From: a virus
Taxonomy: Duplodnaviria > Caudoviricetes
DNA length: 64,000 nt
IMG/VR virus record: IMGVR_UViG_3300027672_001796
Direction: 5' to 3' (one strand)
The notes under the pieces are model-generated. The model ran no database searches and was not told the DNA's origin. It saw only the letters and a list, made by a program, of their open reading frames with translations. Made by a program: the position numbers and the translations under genes. Numbering within the stretch: the first letter of the stretch is position 1; each line of letters begins with the position of its first letter. Below, piece by piece: positions 28,141-37,528 of the stretch.

Positions 28141-29736
28141 ATGCCTAAAGGAACAGTAAATACCGAGCTGGTTAAACCAGCCTATCAGAAGATACAATAT
28201 GATCAAGACATGCTTAGAGAGTTTCAGGCGTGTTGTGACCCGGTTGACGGGGCATTGTACTTCATGGAAAACTTTGTTAAGATCCAACATCCTACTAAAG
28301 GCGGCATTGACTTTGTTCCCTTTGATTATCAGAAAGACTTAATATCAAACTACAACGAATTTAGATATAGTATTAACATGCTGGGCAGACAGATGGGTAA
28401 AACTACTGTTGCGGCGGCATACTTGTTATGGTTTGCTATGTTTAAGCCAGACAGTACAATACTTGTAGCGGCTCATAAAGCGGCTGGCTCACAAGAAATT
28501 ATGCAACGTATTAGATATGCATACGAAATGATTCCAGATCATATCAGAGCAGGCGTTTCAGAATATAATAAGACTAGTTTAACATTTGACAACGGATCAC
28601 GTATAGTAAGTAGTACAACTACTGAAAACACTGGACGTGGTATGTCGTTAACATTAGTTTACTTGGATGAGTTTGCGTTTGTACCCCCACGTATCGCCGC
28701 AGAATTTTGGACAGCGTTGTCTCCTACATTAAGTACAGGCGGCAAGTGTATTATGACCTCAACACCTAACAGTGATGAAGACACCTTCGCTAGTATTTGG
28801 AACCAAGCAACTAAAACTGTCGACGAGTACGGTAATCCAAGTGTTGTCGGTGTTAACGGATTTAAAGGTTACATGGCAAAGTGGAATCAACATCCGGATA
28901 GAACGGCAGAGTGGGCAGATGAAGAACGTAGTAGAATTGGTGAAGAGAGATTTAGACGAGAACATGAATGTGAATTCATTATTTACAATGAAACACTTAT
29001 AGATCCTTTAAAACTTGCCACTATGACAGCCATAGATGCCCTATACAAGATGGGGCAAGTACGTTGGTATAAGAGGCCCAGTACAGATAAGATGTATGTA
29101 GTGAGTTTAGACCCAAGTGCAGGCACCGGTGGAGATAATGCCGCAATACAAGTAATAGAACTACCCAGTATGAATCAAGTTGCAGAATGGTGCCATAATA
29201 AAACTCCTATTGAGGGGCAAGTTAGGACTATGATGGAAATTCTAGAAGAAATACAAAACTATGGTGCTAAAGAAATTTATTGGACGGTTGAGAATAACAG
29301 TATCGGTGAAGCGGCACTAGTTGTAATCAGAGATACCGGTGAAGAAGCGTTTCCAGGAACGTTCTTACATGATCCTGTTAAAGTACAAGGACGTAAAGGA
29401 CGTAAAGGATTCCATACTAGTAGTAAAACAAAAATAGAAGGCTGTATTCAAATTAAGCGATACATAGAACAAGATAAGTTAGGTATATGTAGTAAAGCAT
29501 TAATTGGAGAGCTAAAAACATTTGTAGCAAGAGGCAATAGCTTTGCCGGGCAACCAGGTGAGAGTGATGATTTGGTTATGGCTATGGTTGTTGCTTGTAG
29601 AATGGTTTCATATATTGCTACATTTGAAGATGATGTTTTTTCAGTAGTAAATTCTACAATCGGAATAGAAAAATCAGATAGAGATACTGGCCCGTATGAC
29701 GAATATGACGAGCCTATGCCAATCGGATTCTTGTAA
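28141..29736 (+). CDS. gp17: Terminase large subunit
   Basis: LGRQMGKTT Walker A; VYLDEFAF Walker B; TSTPN coupling motif; SLDPSAG nuclease Asp; DDLVMA. Confidence 0.97.
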   Translation: MPKGTVNTELVKPAYQKIQYDQDMLREFQACCDPVDGALYFMENFVKIQHPTKGGIDFVPFDYQKDLISNYNEFRYSINMLGRQMGKTTVAAAYLLWFAMFKPDSTILVAAHKAAGSQEIMQRIRYAYEMIPDHIRAGVSEYNKTSLTFDNGSRIVSSTTTENTGRGMSLTLVYLDEFAFVPPRIAAEFWTALSPTLSTGGKCIMTSTPNSDEDTFASIWNQATKTVDEYGNPSVVGVNGFKGYMAKWNQHPDRTAEWADEERSRIGEERFRREHECEFIIYNETLIDPLKLATMTAIDALYKMGQVRWYKRPSTDKMYVVSLDPSAGTGGDNAAIQVIELPSMNQVAEWCHNKTPIEGQVRTMMEILEEIQNYGAKEIYWTVENNSIGEAALVVIRDTGEEAFPGTFLHDPVKVQGRKGRKGFHTSSKTKIEGCIQIKRYIEQDKLGICSKALIGELKTFVARGNSFAGQPGESDDLVMAMVVACRMVSYIATFEDDVFSVVNSTIGIEKSDRDTGPYDEYDEPMPIGFL

Positions 29737-30512
29737 TGTCCACGGAACTACTGTTGTGTGTTGGTCCAGCCCGAACAGGCACCACATGGCTTTGGGAAAA
29801 CTTAAAAAATAACTATAACTCGTACGATTTAAAAGAAACATACATATGGTGTGAAAAACCATTCCCCGATTTTCCATTACTATATAAAGGCAAGCCTTTT
29901 GAAAAATCATTAAGTGAATACTACACTACTATAGAACAATCTGAAAAACCTTGGATGGACTTTTCGTTGGGGTGGTATCAACCACAGCGAAGTATAAGTG
30001 TAATTAAAGAATTAGACGAACGTTTTGATTTAACTGTTTATTTATGGATTAGAGATCCATACGAAACTTGGATTAGTACGATTAATCATACTAGTTGGTG
30101 GACACATGCCAAGACCCAAATGGGTAATGTATTTGATAGAGAAGCAGAATACTTTAATACACCAGAAGGTGTTGATATACTTAAACGTAAAGTACAGCAA
30201 CATGCAACTAGAAAAATAGAAACACCTGATAAATTAATGTATGCACAGAACAAATACAGTGATATAATACCAAGTTGGGAAGACACTGGTGTTAACTTAG
30301 TACTACTAGACTTTAACAAAATAGGTGATTCAGAGTACTTTAATCGTAAATTAGGAATAGATCATGCATGGGATCATGAAACACGATACTCTATGGAAAG
30401 AAATGTTATAGTTACAGATGAAACAATAGATCCTGGTGTTAGAGACATGATTAAAGAAATTTATAAAAACGATTATCAATACTTAAACTCGATAAAAGAT
30501 AAATACAAGTAG
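29736..30512 (+). CDS. Sulfotransferase (P-loop PAPS-binding)
   Basis: LLCVGPARTGTTWL and IRDPYETWIS motifs. Confidence 0.8.
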   Translation: MSTELLLCVGPARTGTTWLWENLKNNYNSYDLKETYIWCEKPFPDFPLLYKGKPFEKSLSEYYTTIEQSEKPWMDFSLGWYQPQRSISVIKELDERFDLTVYLWIRDPYETWISTINHTSWWTHAKTQMGNVFDREAEYFNTPEGVDILKRKVQQHATRKIETPDKLMYAQNKYSDIIPSWEDTGVNLVLLDFNKIGDSEYFNRKLGIDHAWDHETRYSMERNVIVTDETIDPGVRDMIKEIYKNDYQYLNSIKDKYK

Positions 30513-30524
30513 GAGATATATTAA

Positions 30525-31808
30525 ATGGCGATTTCAGTTAAAACAGTAGCAGACAAAGTATTCAACTTATTAAAAGGATATGGTTTTGCTGTTGACACTT
30601 ACGATAAAGAAGGCGTTACAGTAGGCGATCCTGCAGATGCAGTACGTTTTTACGTTGAAGATCCAGACTTACTAGTTACACTTAATGTACCTCAAGAAGA
30701 AATTAAGTTTAGTGTTAGTGCAAATACAGAAGAAACTGACATTTTACGAAAGCAACTAAAACAGTTAGCCCAAAGTTACTTAATGAATTTAGACTTCAGA
30801 GTATTTGGGAAAACACTTAAACCAATAAGCGATGCAATAAGTGTTGCAAAAGCATCCAAAGAGACAGGTATGGAATCAGTAACAGAAGCAAATTTAGGAC
30901 CGGTTAGCGGTTCAGTGAAAACTAGTTATCAACCACTAGACAACGTTAAGATTATTGTTAAGCACAGTAAAGACGTTAATGAAGAAGTACGTGGTTCGAG
31001 AAGCAGAAACATTAATAAGATTTTTATCCAAGCGAACGAAGAACGTCATTTGTTCCCAAGTAAAAACTTACATGGTGCAAGAGCAATGGCTAGGCATATA
31101 CACAATGGTGGTACAATGCACGATACAGTCGCTGAAAGCATTATTGGAATGTGTAAAGACTTTGGCTCTATTAAAGAGTTTGTTGGCTATGTTACAAAGA
31201 AAGGGTTGGTTAACGAAACCAATGGCGAGTATGTCTCACTTGCTAAAGAACATATTGAAAACATTAGAACTACATTTAAGAAACTTAGCGGTGTAAAAAC
31301 TTATGCAAATGCTGTTGAAAGTTTAGCAGAATTTAATAACGTTGAAATAGTTAATGAAGTAAACTTAGAAGACCACTTCACTGAAACACATTTTGACGAA
31401 AAAGTAGGAAATGCACATCACACATTAAGCAGATTAGTTAATAAGCAGTCCGCTTTTGAAAGTTACATAATGGATACTATCCAAACAGAATCATTTAAGA
31501 ATGCTAAAACACTTATGCAAGAAAGTGAAGTAATGCAGTTTGATACACCTAATGCACAATTAGGATATAGAGTATCACAACTAGGGCAATCTGCAAGTAG
31601 CGAGAAGTTAGGCGGATATTTAAATGGTATAGGTAGCAAGTTATCTGGAGGAGGCAATATGTCTCAGTTTGAATACAGAGCAGTTAAGGCATCATTGCTT
31701 TCAGCACAGAATTCAACACCAGTTATGGCAGAAAGTACAGACGATTTAGGCAAATATGAATCCTTCCTAGACACGTTTACTAATACTGATAAGCCTTTTG
31801 CTCAATAA
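30525..31808 (+). CDS. Hypothetical late protein
   Basis: Late promoter at 30500-30505 plus SD aggag; internal VTE|A and LxE sites. Confidence 0.75.
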   Translation: MAISVKTVADKVFNLLKGYGFAVDTYDKEGVTVGDPADAVRFYVEDPDLLVTLNVPQEEIKFSVSANTEETDILRKQLKQLAQSYLMNLDFRVFGKTLKPISDAISVAKASKETGMESVTEANLGPVSGSVKTSYQPLDNVKIIVKHSKDVNEEVRGSRSRNINKIFIQANEERHLFPSKNLHGARAMARHIHNGGTMHDTVAESIIGMCKDFGSIKEFVGYVTKKGLVNETNGEYVSLAKEHIENIRTTFKKLSGVKTYANAVESLAEFNNVEIVNEVNLEDHFTETHFDEKVGNAHHTLSRLVNKQSAFESYIMDTIQTESFKNAKTLMQESEVMQFDTPNAQLGYRVSQLGQSASSEKLGGYLNGIGSKLSGGGNMSQFEYRAVKASLLSAQNSTPVMAESTDDLGKYESFLDTFTNTDKPFAQ

Positions 31809-31835
31809 AAACCTGGTTTAAAGTGCCGTAAGGCA

Positions 31836-31915
31836 TAAATACTATTACAATAAAGACAACGATTGCTATCACGTGATAGAAAAAGGTTGACAACATGGCA
31901 AAGATATATTATAAT
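31836..31915 (+). promoter_or_regulatory. Dual (late + sigma70) promoter for the SSB gene with a 14-bp palindrome
   Basis: TAAATA at 31836-31841; CTATCACGTGATAG at 31866-31879; TTGACA-17-TATAAT at 31887-31915. Confidence 0.8.
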
Positions 31916-31976
31916 AACCCAAGTTAGGACACAAACACAGAAGTCCTGACACACATGGCACATATGGAGAAATAAC

Positions 31977-32999
31977 ATGGCATCTTTACAAGAAATAAGG
32001 GCAAAACTGGCCTCTATGGAATCTAATTCCAAACCAAACAGTTCATCAAACGGCGACAACGCCATTTACCCCCACTGGAATATCGACGAGAACACTAGTA
32101 CAACACTAAGGTTTTTGCCTGATAGCGATCCTGACAACACTTTTTTCTGGGTAGAAAGACAAATGATTCGTCTTACTTTCCCTGGAGTAAAAGGTGGAGA
32201 CATGAAACCAGTAACAGTACAAGTACCTTGTGCAGAAATGTACGGCGATACTTGTCCAGTATTAACTGAAGTACGTCCTTGGTTTAAGGATGCATCTTTA
32301 GAAGACCTAGGTCGTAAATATTGGAAAAAACGTAGTTACATCTTCCAAGGATTTGTAACTGAAAATCCACTAAGCGAAACAGCACCTGAAAATCCAGTCA
32401 GACGTTTTGTAATCTCACCGCAAATCTTTAACATTATTAAATCAGCACTAATGGACCCAGATATGGAAAACATTCCAACTGACTATGTTGCTGGTACAGA
32501 TTTCAGAGTTACTAAAACAACTAAAGGACAGTATGCTGATTACAGTACTTCAAAATGGGCTCGTAAAGAGCGTGGTTTGGATGAAACTGAACTAGCGGCG
32601 ATTGACGCAAATGGCTTACATACACTTTCAGACTTTTTACCTAAAAGACCTGGACAAGACGAACTTAACGCAATTAGCGAAATGTTCCAAGCATCGGTTG
32701 ACGGTGAATTGTATGATCCAGAGCGTTGGGCAATGTTCTACAAGCCTTATGGCGTAGAAACACCTAAGTCGGCAACACAACCTACTACACCGCCTGTGCA
32801 AACAGCGGCTCCGGTAGCACCTGTAATAGCACCTGTAACTGCACCAGCAGAAGCAGTAGTTGAAACAGCGGCACCAGTAGTAGCAACTGCTCCAGCACCA
32901 GCACCAGTGGCACCAGTTGCCCCGGCGGCTCCTGCGGCAGAAGGTGATGCGAAACCTAGTGCAGATGACATTCTGAACATGATTAGAAACCGTTCTTAA
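31977..32999 (+). CDS. gp32: Single-stranded DNA-binding protein, T4 gp32-like
   Basis: LRFLPD; CAEMYGDTCPV; YWKKRSY; DFRVTK...YADYSTSKW. Confidence 0.9.
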   Translation: MASLQEIRAKLASMESNSKPNSSSNGDNAIYPHWNIDENTSTTLRFLPDSDPDNTFFWVERQMIRLTFPGVKGGDMKPVTVQVPCAEMYGDTCPVLTEVRPWFKDASLEDLGRKYWKKRSYIFQGFVTENPLSETAPENPVRRFVISPQIFNIIKSALMDPDMENIPTDYVAGTDFRVTKTTKGQYADYSTSKWARKERGLDETELAAIDANGLHTLSDFLPKRPGQDELNAISEMFQASVDGELYDPERWAMFYKPYGVETPKSATQPTTPPVQTAAPVAPVIAPVTAPAEAVVETAAPVVATAPAPAPVAPVAPAAPAAEGDAKPSADDILNMIRNRS

Positions 33000-33009
33000 G
33001 GAGTACAAC

Positions 33010-34128
33010 ATGCAGAAACCATTTGACTTAACAAAGTTCCGAACAGGAATCACGAAAAGTATCGCTGGCATCAGTGCTGGCTTTCATGATCCACAGGATT
33101 GGATATCAACTGGTAACTACACTCTTAACTACCTAATTAGTGGGGACTTCCAAAAGGGAGTTCCTCTAGGCAAAGTAAGTGTATTTGCAGGAGAGTCTGG
33201 TTCAGGTAAATCGTTTATCTGTTCAGGTAACTTAGTGCGTAACGCACAACAACAAGGCTGTCAAGTAGTATTATTTGATAGTGAGAATGCACTAGATGAA
33301 GATTGGCTACAAGCATTAGGCGTTGATACAACTCCTGAGAAATTATTGAAGATTGGCGTCTCAATGATTGATGATGTAGCAAAAACAATTAGTGACTTCG
33401 TAAAAGACTATAAGTCTAACTATGGTGACTTACCATATGCAGAGCAACCTAAATTACTATTCGTAGTGGATAGTTTGGGAATGTTGCTTACACCTACAGA
33501 TGTTGCACAGTTTGAAAAAGGCGACATGAAAGGTGATATGGGTAGAAAGCCTAAGGCATTAACAGCCCTAGTTAGGAATACAGTTAACCAACTAGCACCA
33601 CATCCAATCGGACTTGTTGCAACTAACCACACTTATGCATCGCAAGATATGTTTGACCCTGATGATAAAATCAGTGGCGGACAAGGATTTGTATATGCAT
33701 CAAGTATTGTAGTAGCAATGAAAAAGTTAAAACTTAAAGAAGACGAAGACGGAAATAAAGTATCGACAGTACAAGGTATTAGAGCGGCATGTAAAGTAGT
33801 GAAAACACGTTACAGCAAACCGTTTGAAAGTGTACAGATTAAAATTCCGTATGAATCAGGAATGAATCCATACTCAGGTATTTTAGAATTGCTTGAGCAG
33901 AAAGGAATCGTTGTAAAAACTGGTAATAAACTAGAATACACATCACCTGTTACAGGCGAAGTTATTAAAGAGTTTAGAAAGCAGTGGACTGAAGAGAGAC
34001 TTCAGATAGTAATGGATGAATGGAATCAAATACCTGATGCAAACTATCATGATGATTTTAGTGATTTAGTTGACGATGAAACTTTAGTAGATGAACCTAC
34101 TGTAGAGGAGTTGGCAAATGAATCCTGA
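33010..34128 (+). CDS. uvsX: RecA-like recombinase UvsX
   Basis: AGESGSGKS; FDSENALD; VVDSLGML; TNHTY; ISGGQG. Confidence 0.95.
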   Translation: MQKPFDLTKFRTGITKSIAGISAGFHDPQDWISTGNYTLNYLISGDFQKGVPLGKVSVFAGESGSGKSFICSGNLVRNAQQQGCQVVLFDSENALDEDWLQALGVDTTPEKLLKIGVSMIDDVAKTISDFVKDYKSNYGDLPYAEQPKLLFVVDSLGMLLTPTDVAQFEKGDMKGDMGRKPKALTALVRNTVNQLAPHPIGLVATNHTYASQDMFDPDDKISGGQGFVYASSIVVAMKKLKLKEDEDGNKVSTVQGIRAACKVVKTRYSKPFESVQIKIPYESGMNPYSGILELLEQKGIVVKTGNKLEYTSPVTGEVIKEFRKQWTEERLQIVMDEWNQIPDANYHDDFSDLVDDETLVDEPTVEELANES

Positions 34129-34348
34129 TTTAGATTTTCTAGTAGAAGTTTGGGACGGTATGAAAAATTATATTACCAAGAAAGACAGGCTACAGGCGGC
34201 AGAACAAATCATTACTATTTTTGATGAGAATGCCGACCTTGCTGATATCCAAGCAAATATCAACATGTTCGACTCAGCTATGAAAAATGCAATTATTGGG
34301 CATTTTGGATTAGACGAAGATGAAGATGATGACGACTGGGAAGAGTAG
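34118..34348 (+). CDS. Small acidic hypothetical protein
   Basis: Lies between uvsX and uvsY, overlapping the uvsX stop. Confidence 0.75.
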   Translation: MNPDLDFLVEVWDGMKNYITKKDRLQAAEQIITIFDENADLADIQANINMFDSAMKNAIIGHFGLDEDEDDDDWEE

Positions 34349-34350
34349 AC

Positions 34351-34812
34351 ATGGCAGGGTGGTATAATTCAGTTGTTGAGGATCTGAGTAAGATTGTAGG
34401 CTCTATAGACTACTTTGAAAAAGAACTTCAAGAAGCAAAATACGAATGTCACATTAAAGGGAGCCTCGAGAAATTGAGTGCCTCCCTTCCTGGTATTACT
34501 GAGCATCGCTTTAATCAGCTACAAGAGATTGAAGCAATTCTCGAACACTTAAATATAGAACTTCGTAGAGAACGTTCTAAAGTATTCCGCAAATTCTTTG
34601 AATCTTATAATAGAACACTTACTAGTAGAGATGCTGATAAGTTTGTTGATGGTGAGGAAAGTGTAATTAACTTACAGCACCTTTGCAACCAATACAGTCT
34701 TTTACGCAATAAGTACCTAGGCATAATGAAAGGCTTAGATACAAAGCAGTGGCAAATCGGACATATTACACGGTTAAGAACTGCTGGTATGGAAGATATT
34801 TCAATAGGTTAG
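34351..34812 (+). CDS. uvsY: Recombination mediator UvsY
   Basis: Helical; RTLTSRDADKFVDGE and KGLDTKQWQI; position downstream of uvsX. Confidence 0.8.
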   Translation: MAGWYNSVVEDLSKIVGSIDYFEKELQEAKYECHIKGSLEKLSASLPGITEHRFNQLQEIEAILEHLNIELRRERSKVFRKFFESYNRTLTSRDADKFVDGEESVINLQHLCNQYSLLRNKYLGIMKGLDTKQWQIGHITRLRTAGMEDISIG

Positions 34813-34846
34813 CGAAATGCAAGATGCTGGATGTAGGAACCAGGAT

Positions 34847-35278
34847 ATGATCCAAGTCCAAGTTATAGGACAAATCAGAAACAAGCAATTAATAGAACGA
34901 GTTAGTGAACTATTACTCGAGAATATTATACCTACAAAATTAAGACGCCCAATAGAAATTACAATCAATATATTAACCGTTTGCGATGAACAAGCCGGCG
35001 GTTATTGTTGGGGCGATAGGTCAACAGTTGAAATAGAAATAGCTAGAACGTCAAACGAACATACATACTCACGTGAAAAAATGCTAACTAATTTAACACA
35101 CGAATTAATCCATGCAAAACAGTTTATAATGGGAGAGATAACCCCTAATATGAACATGTGGAAACAACAAGAAGTAAATCGTGCTAAAGTTCCTTACAGC
35201 CATCAACCCTGGGAGAGAGAAGCATATCGTTGGGAAAAGCGGTTGTATGATAATTACTTTAAGAAATTAAATGTATAA
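34847..35278 (+). CDS. Zinc metallopeptidase-like protein (HExxH)
   Basis: LTHELIHAKQ...PWEREAY. Confidence 0.75.
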   Translation: MIQVQVIGQIRNKQLIERVSELLLENIIPTKLRRPIEITINILTVCDEQAGGYCWGDRSTVEIEIARTSNEHTYSREKMLTNLTHELIHAKQFIMGEITPNMNMWKQQEVNRAKVPYSHQPWEREAYRWEKRLYDNYFKKLNV

Positions 35279-35283
35279 AGTTC

Positions 35284-35312
35284 TTGACATAGGGTACGAT
35301 TTTTAGTATAAT
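35284..35312 (+). promoter_or_regulatory. Sigma70-like promoter
   Basis: TTGACA-17-TATAAT. Confidence 0.85.
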
Positions 35313-35342
35313 TATTAGTACAAAACAAAACTGGTGCAAAAT

Positions 35343-35534
35343 ATGAGTAATGACAAAGTAATAATATCTGAACCCACACATGAATTTACATATAGTAGGG
35401 AAAAAAGTTATTTACAGAACTACCAGAATTGGCGTGTACTTAACCAACAAGAACGTCTTACTTGGAATGAAGAGCAAATGACGGCAGAAGAAGCCGAGCA
35501 ATCATTTGCACAACAATACGGAAACTTTAAATAA
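35343..35534 (+). CDS. Small hypothetical protein
   Basis: Downstream of the promoter; FTYSREKSYLQNY..W. Confidence 0.6.
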   Translation: MSNDKVIISEPTHEFTYSREKSYLQNYQNWRVLNQQERLTWNEEQMTAEEAEQSFAQQYGNFK

Positions 35535-36083
35535 ATGACAACTCATGCAATGATTGATATTGAAACATTAGCTACTAAGCCTAATGCTGTTGTATTAACT
35601 GTTGGCGGAGTTAAGTTTAATCCGTATAGTGCAGAAGACCCGCATACTCCATTTAGTGTAAGACTGAATATTGATGAACAAACTGCCAAAGGCAGAGTTA
35701 TCGATCCTAATACTATTGAATGGTGGGGAAAGCAAGATAAAGCAATTCAAGATGAAGCGTTCTCAGATGAGAACAGAGTTTCAGTAATCGACTTTATTGC
35801 AGACCTTAATAAATGGCTAAATGGCACTGAACTTAAATGGGCACAAGGATCTAGATTTGATTATGGTATCCTTGAAGACCTAATTGAGAATAGTTTCGAA
35901 CAACACAAAAATTGGTTCTTTTGGCAAGAAGCTGATAGCAGAACACTAGGACAACTGGTCCCAAGGGATCTGCGTAAAGACGATTCGGGTAATCAAAAGG
36001 ACTTGCACTCAGCACTCGCTGATGCATACAATCAAGCAAAAGCAGTACAAAAAGCATATAAGCATCTCAATATCATCCAATAA
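35535..36083 (+). CDS. DEDDh 3'-5' exonuclease (Rv2179c-like)
   Basis: MIDIETL; WAQGSRFDYGIL; HSALADA. Confidence 0.85.
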   Translation: MTTHAMIDIETLATKPNAVVLTVGGVKFNPYSAEDPHTPFSVRLNIDEQTAKGRVIDPNTIEWWGKQDKAIQDEAFSDENRVSVIDFIADLNKWLNGTELKWAQGSRFDYGILEDLIENSFEQHKNWFFWQEADSRTLGQLVPRDLRKDDSGNQKDLHSALADAYNQAKAVQKAYKHLNIIQ

Positions 36084-36098
36084 TTTACCACTATTTGT

Positions 36099-36136
36099 GG
36101 TAAAAGGTTGACATCACCCCTAAAAGGTAGTATAAT
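36099..36136 (+). promoter_or_regulatory. Early promoter, copy 1
   Basis: GGTAAAAGG-TTGACA-17-TATAAT. Confidence 0.85.
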
Positions 36137-36184
36137 ATATACTTATTAGACAATAAAGGAAAGGAAGAAAAAGCCAATAAAAAC

Positions 36185-36222
36185 GGTAAAAGGTTGACAT
36201 TGGTCCTAGAATTTAGTATAAT
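36185..36222 (+). promoter_or_regulatory. Early promoter, copy 2
   Basis: GGTAAAAGG-TTGACA-17-TATAAT. Confidence 0.85.
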
Positions 36223-36281
36223 ATACATAAGTTAATAAGAAGGGCTTGTTAACAATAATCATAATGTCGGGGATGACTAAT

Positions 36282-37331
36282 ATGACAACAATGAAGAAAA
36301 ACAAACTAAACTATGTAAAGATTAAGGCTGGTACTTACCGTAAAAACGAAATCGTTGATACAGTATTTCCAATTATTAAGCCACTTAACATAGGTAAGAA
36401 AGGTGCGTTCATTACAGTAAACGGTAGTGAAGTAATGGGAGACCAGTTCGCTAGTATAAGAGTACTTATAGAAGATCCAACACAGGATCTAGAATATGTA
36501 ACTCCTAGTGTTTATGCAGAGCAACCAAAAATTGATCTGAAGCCTAAGAAAGAAGAAAATGACGAAGAAGCAATTGAGCGTATCAGAGAACGTTTTGATA
36601 TTCTTGATAGAATGACTCATGCTGTAGCAGAAGGTACAGTACGTGGTATGATTGTTAGTGGTCCTCCAGGTGTTGGTAAATCTTATGGTGTAGAAACTGT
36701 GCTAGAAGATTACGATATGCTTACTGAGGTTGCTGGCAAGCCTGCAAGAACTGAAGTAGTAAAAGGTTCGGTTACTCCAATTGGTTTATTCCAAACACTA
36801 TATAACAATTCAGAAGCAGGTAACATACTTGTATTTGATGACTGTGATAGTGTGTTGTTTGATGAAGTATGTTTGAATATGCTTAAAGCAACTTTGGACT
36901 CAGGTAAGAAAAGAACTATTACTTGGAAGTCAGAATCACAAGCACTTCGTAGAGAAGGTATTCCAGATAGATTTGAATTCAAAGGTGGTTGTATCTTTAT
37001 TACTAACGTAGACTTTGAAAACGTTCGTTCTAAAAAGATTAAGGATCACTTAGCGGCACTTATGTCAAGATGTCACTACTTGGATCTTACAATGAACTCT
37101 ATAAGAGATAAGTTCCTCAGGATTAACCAGATTGTTAAAGATGGTATGCTTGAAGAATACAAGTTTGGTGTAGAAGGTGATAAAGAAATTATTAACTTTA
37201 TGACCACTAACCAAGAAGCTCTTAGAGAGATAAGTTTGAGAATGGTTTTGAAGATATCGGATCTTAGAAAAATGGATCCTGCTAATTGGGAAAAACTTGC
37301 AAGAACTACTTGTATGAAAGGAACAATTTAA
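36282..37331 (+). CDS. AAA+ ATPase (probable start at 36282 after SD GGGGA)
   Basis: GPPGVGKS Walker A; LVFDDCD Walker B; ALMSRC arginine-finger region. Confidence 0.88.
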   Translation: MTTMKKNKLNYVKIKAGTYRKNEIVDTVFPIIKPLNIGKKGAFITVNGSEVMGDQFASIRVLIEDPTQDLEYVTPSVYAEQPKIDLKPKKEENDEEAIERIRERFDILDRMTHAVAEGTVRGMIVSGPPGVGKSYGVETVLEDYDMLTEVAGKPARTEVVKGSVTPIGLFQTLYNNSEAGNILVFDDCDSVLFDEVCLNMLKATLDSGKKRTITWKSESQALRREGIPDRFEFKGGCIFITNVDFENVRSKKIKDHLAALMSRCHYLDLTMNSIRDKFLRINQIVKDGMLEEYKFGVEGDKEIINFMTTNQEALREISLRMVLKISDLRKMDPANWEKLARTTCMKGTI

Positions 37332-37340
37332 TAAGAAACG

Positions 37341-37427
37341 AACTAACAGTTCCCCCGGTGCTCGATTGTTAGTCATCCCCTAAATGGAGCACCACGAAGC
37401 CCGGATCCCCTCCGGGCTTCACCTTTT
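37341..37427 (+). ncRNA. Candidate C-rich small RNA / structured 3' UTR with anti-SD loop
   Basis: Stem ggtgctc/gagcacc encloses ttagtcatcccc, the exact complement of 36269-36280; three TCCCC motifs; ends in a terminator. Confidence 0.65.
37396..37427 (+). terminator. Intrinsic terminator
   Basis: gaagcccgga-tcccc-tccgggcttc followed by acctttt. Confidence 0.85.
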
Positions 37428-37451
37428 GTGTAATTGAGTAATAGAAATTAC

Positions 37452-37479
37452 TTGACTTTGACACAGTAAAGTGTATAAT
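37452..37479 (+). promoter_or_regulatory. Sigma70-like promoter
   Basis: TTGACT-16-TATAAT. Confidence 0.7.
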
Positions 37480-37528
37480 TACTTATTGTTGAAAGACAAA
37501 GATAATAACATTTAAAAAGAGGAGAAGT

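Noticed and set aside
37332-37528. Cobalamin riboswitch upstream of the TBDR
   Set aside because: The B12-box elements (GGGAA, GCCCCCGCAACTG, GCCACTG) are not present. A terminator and a separate promoter lie between this structure and the TBDR.
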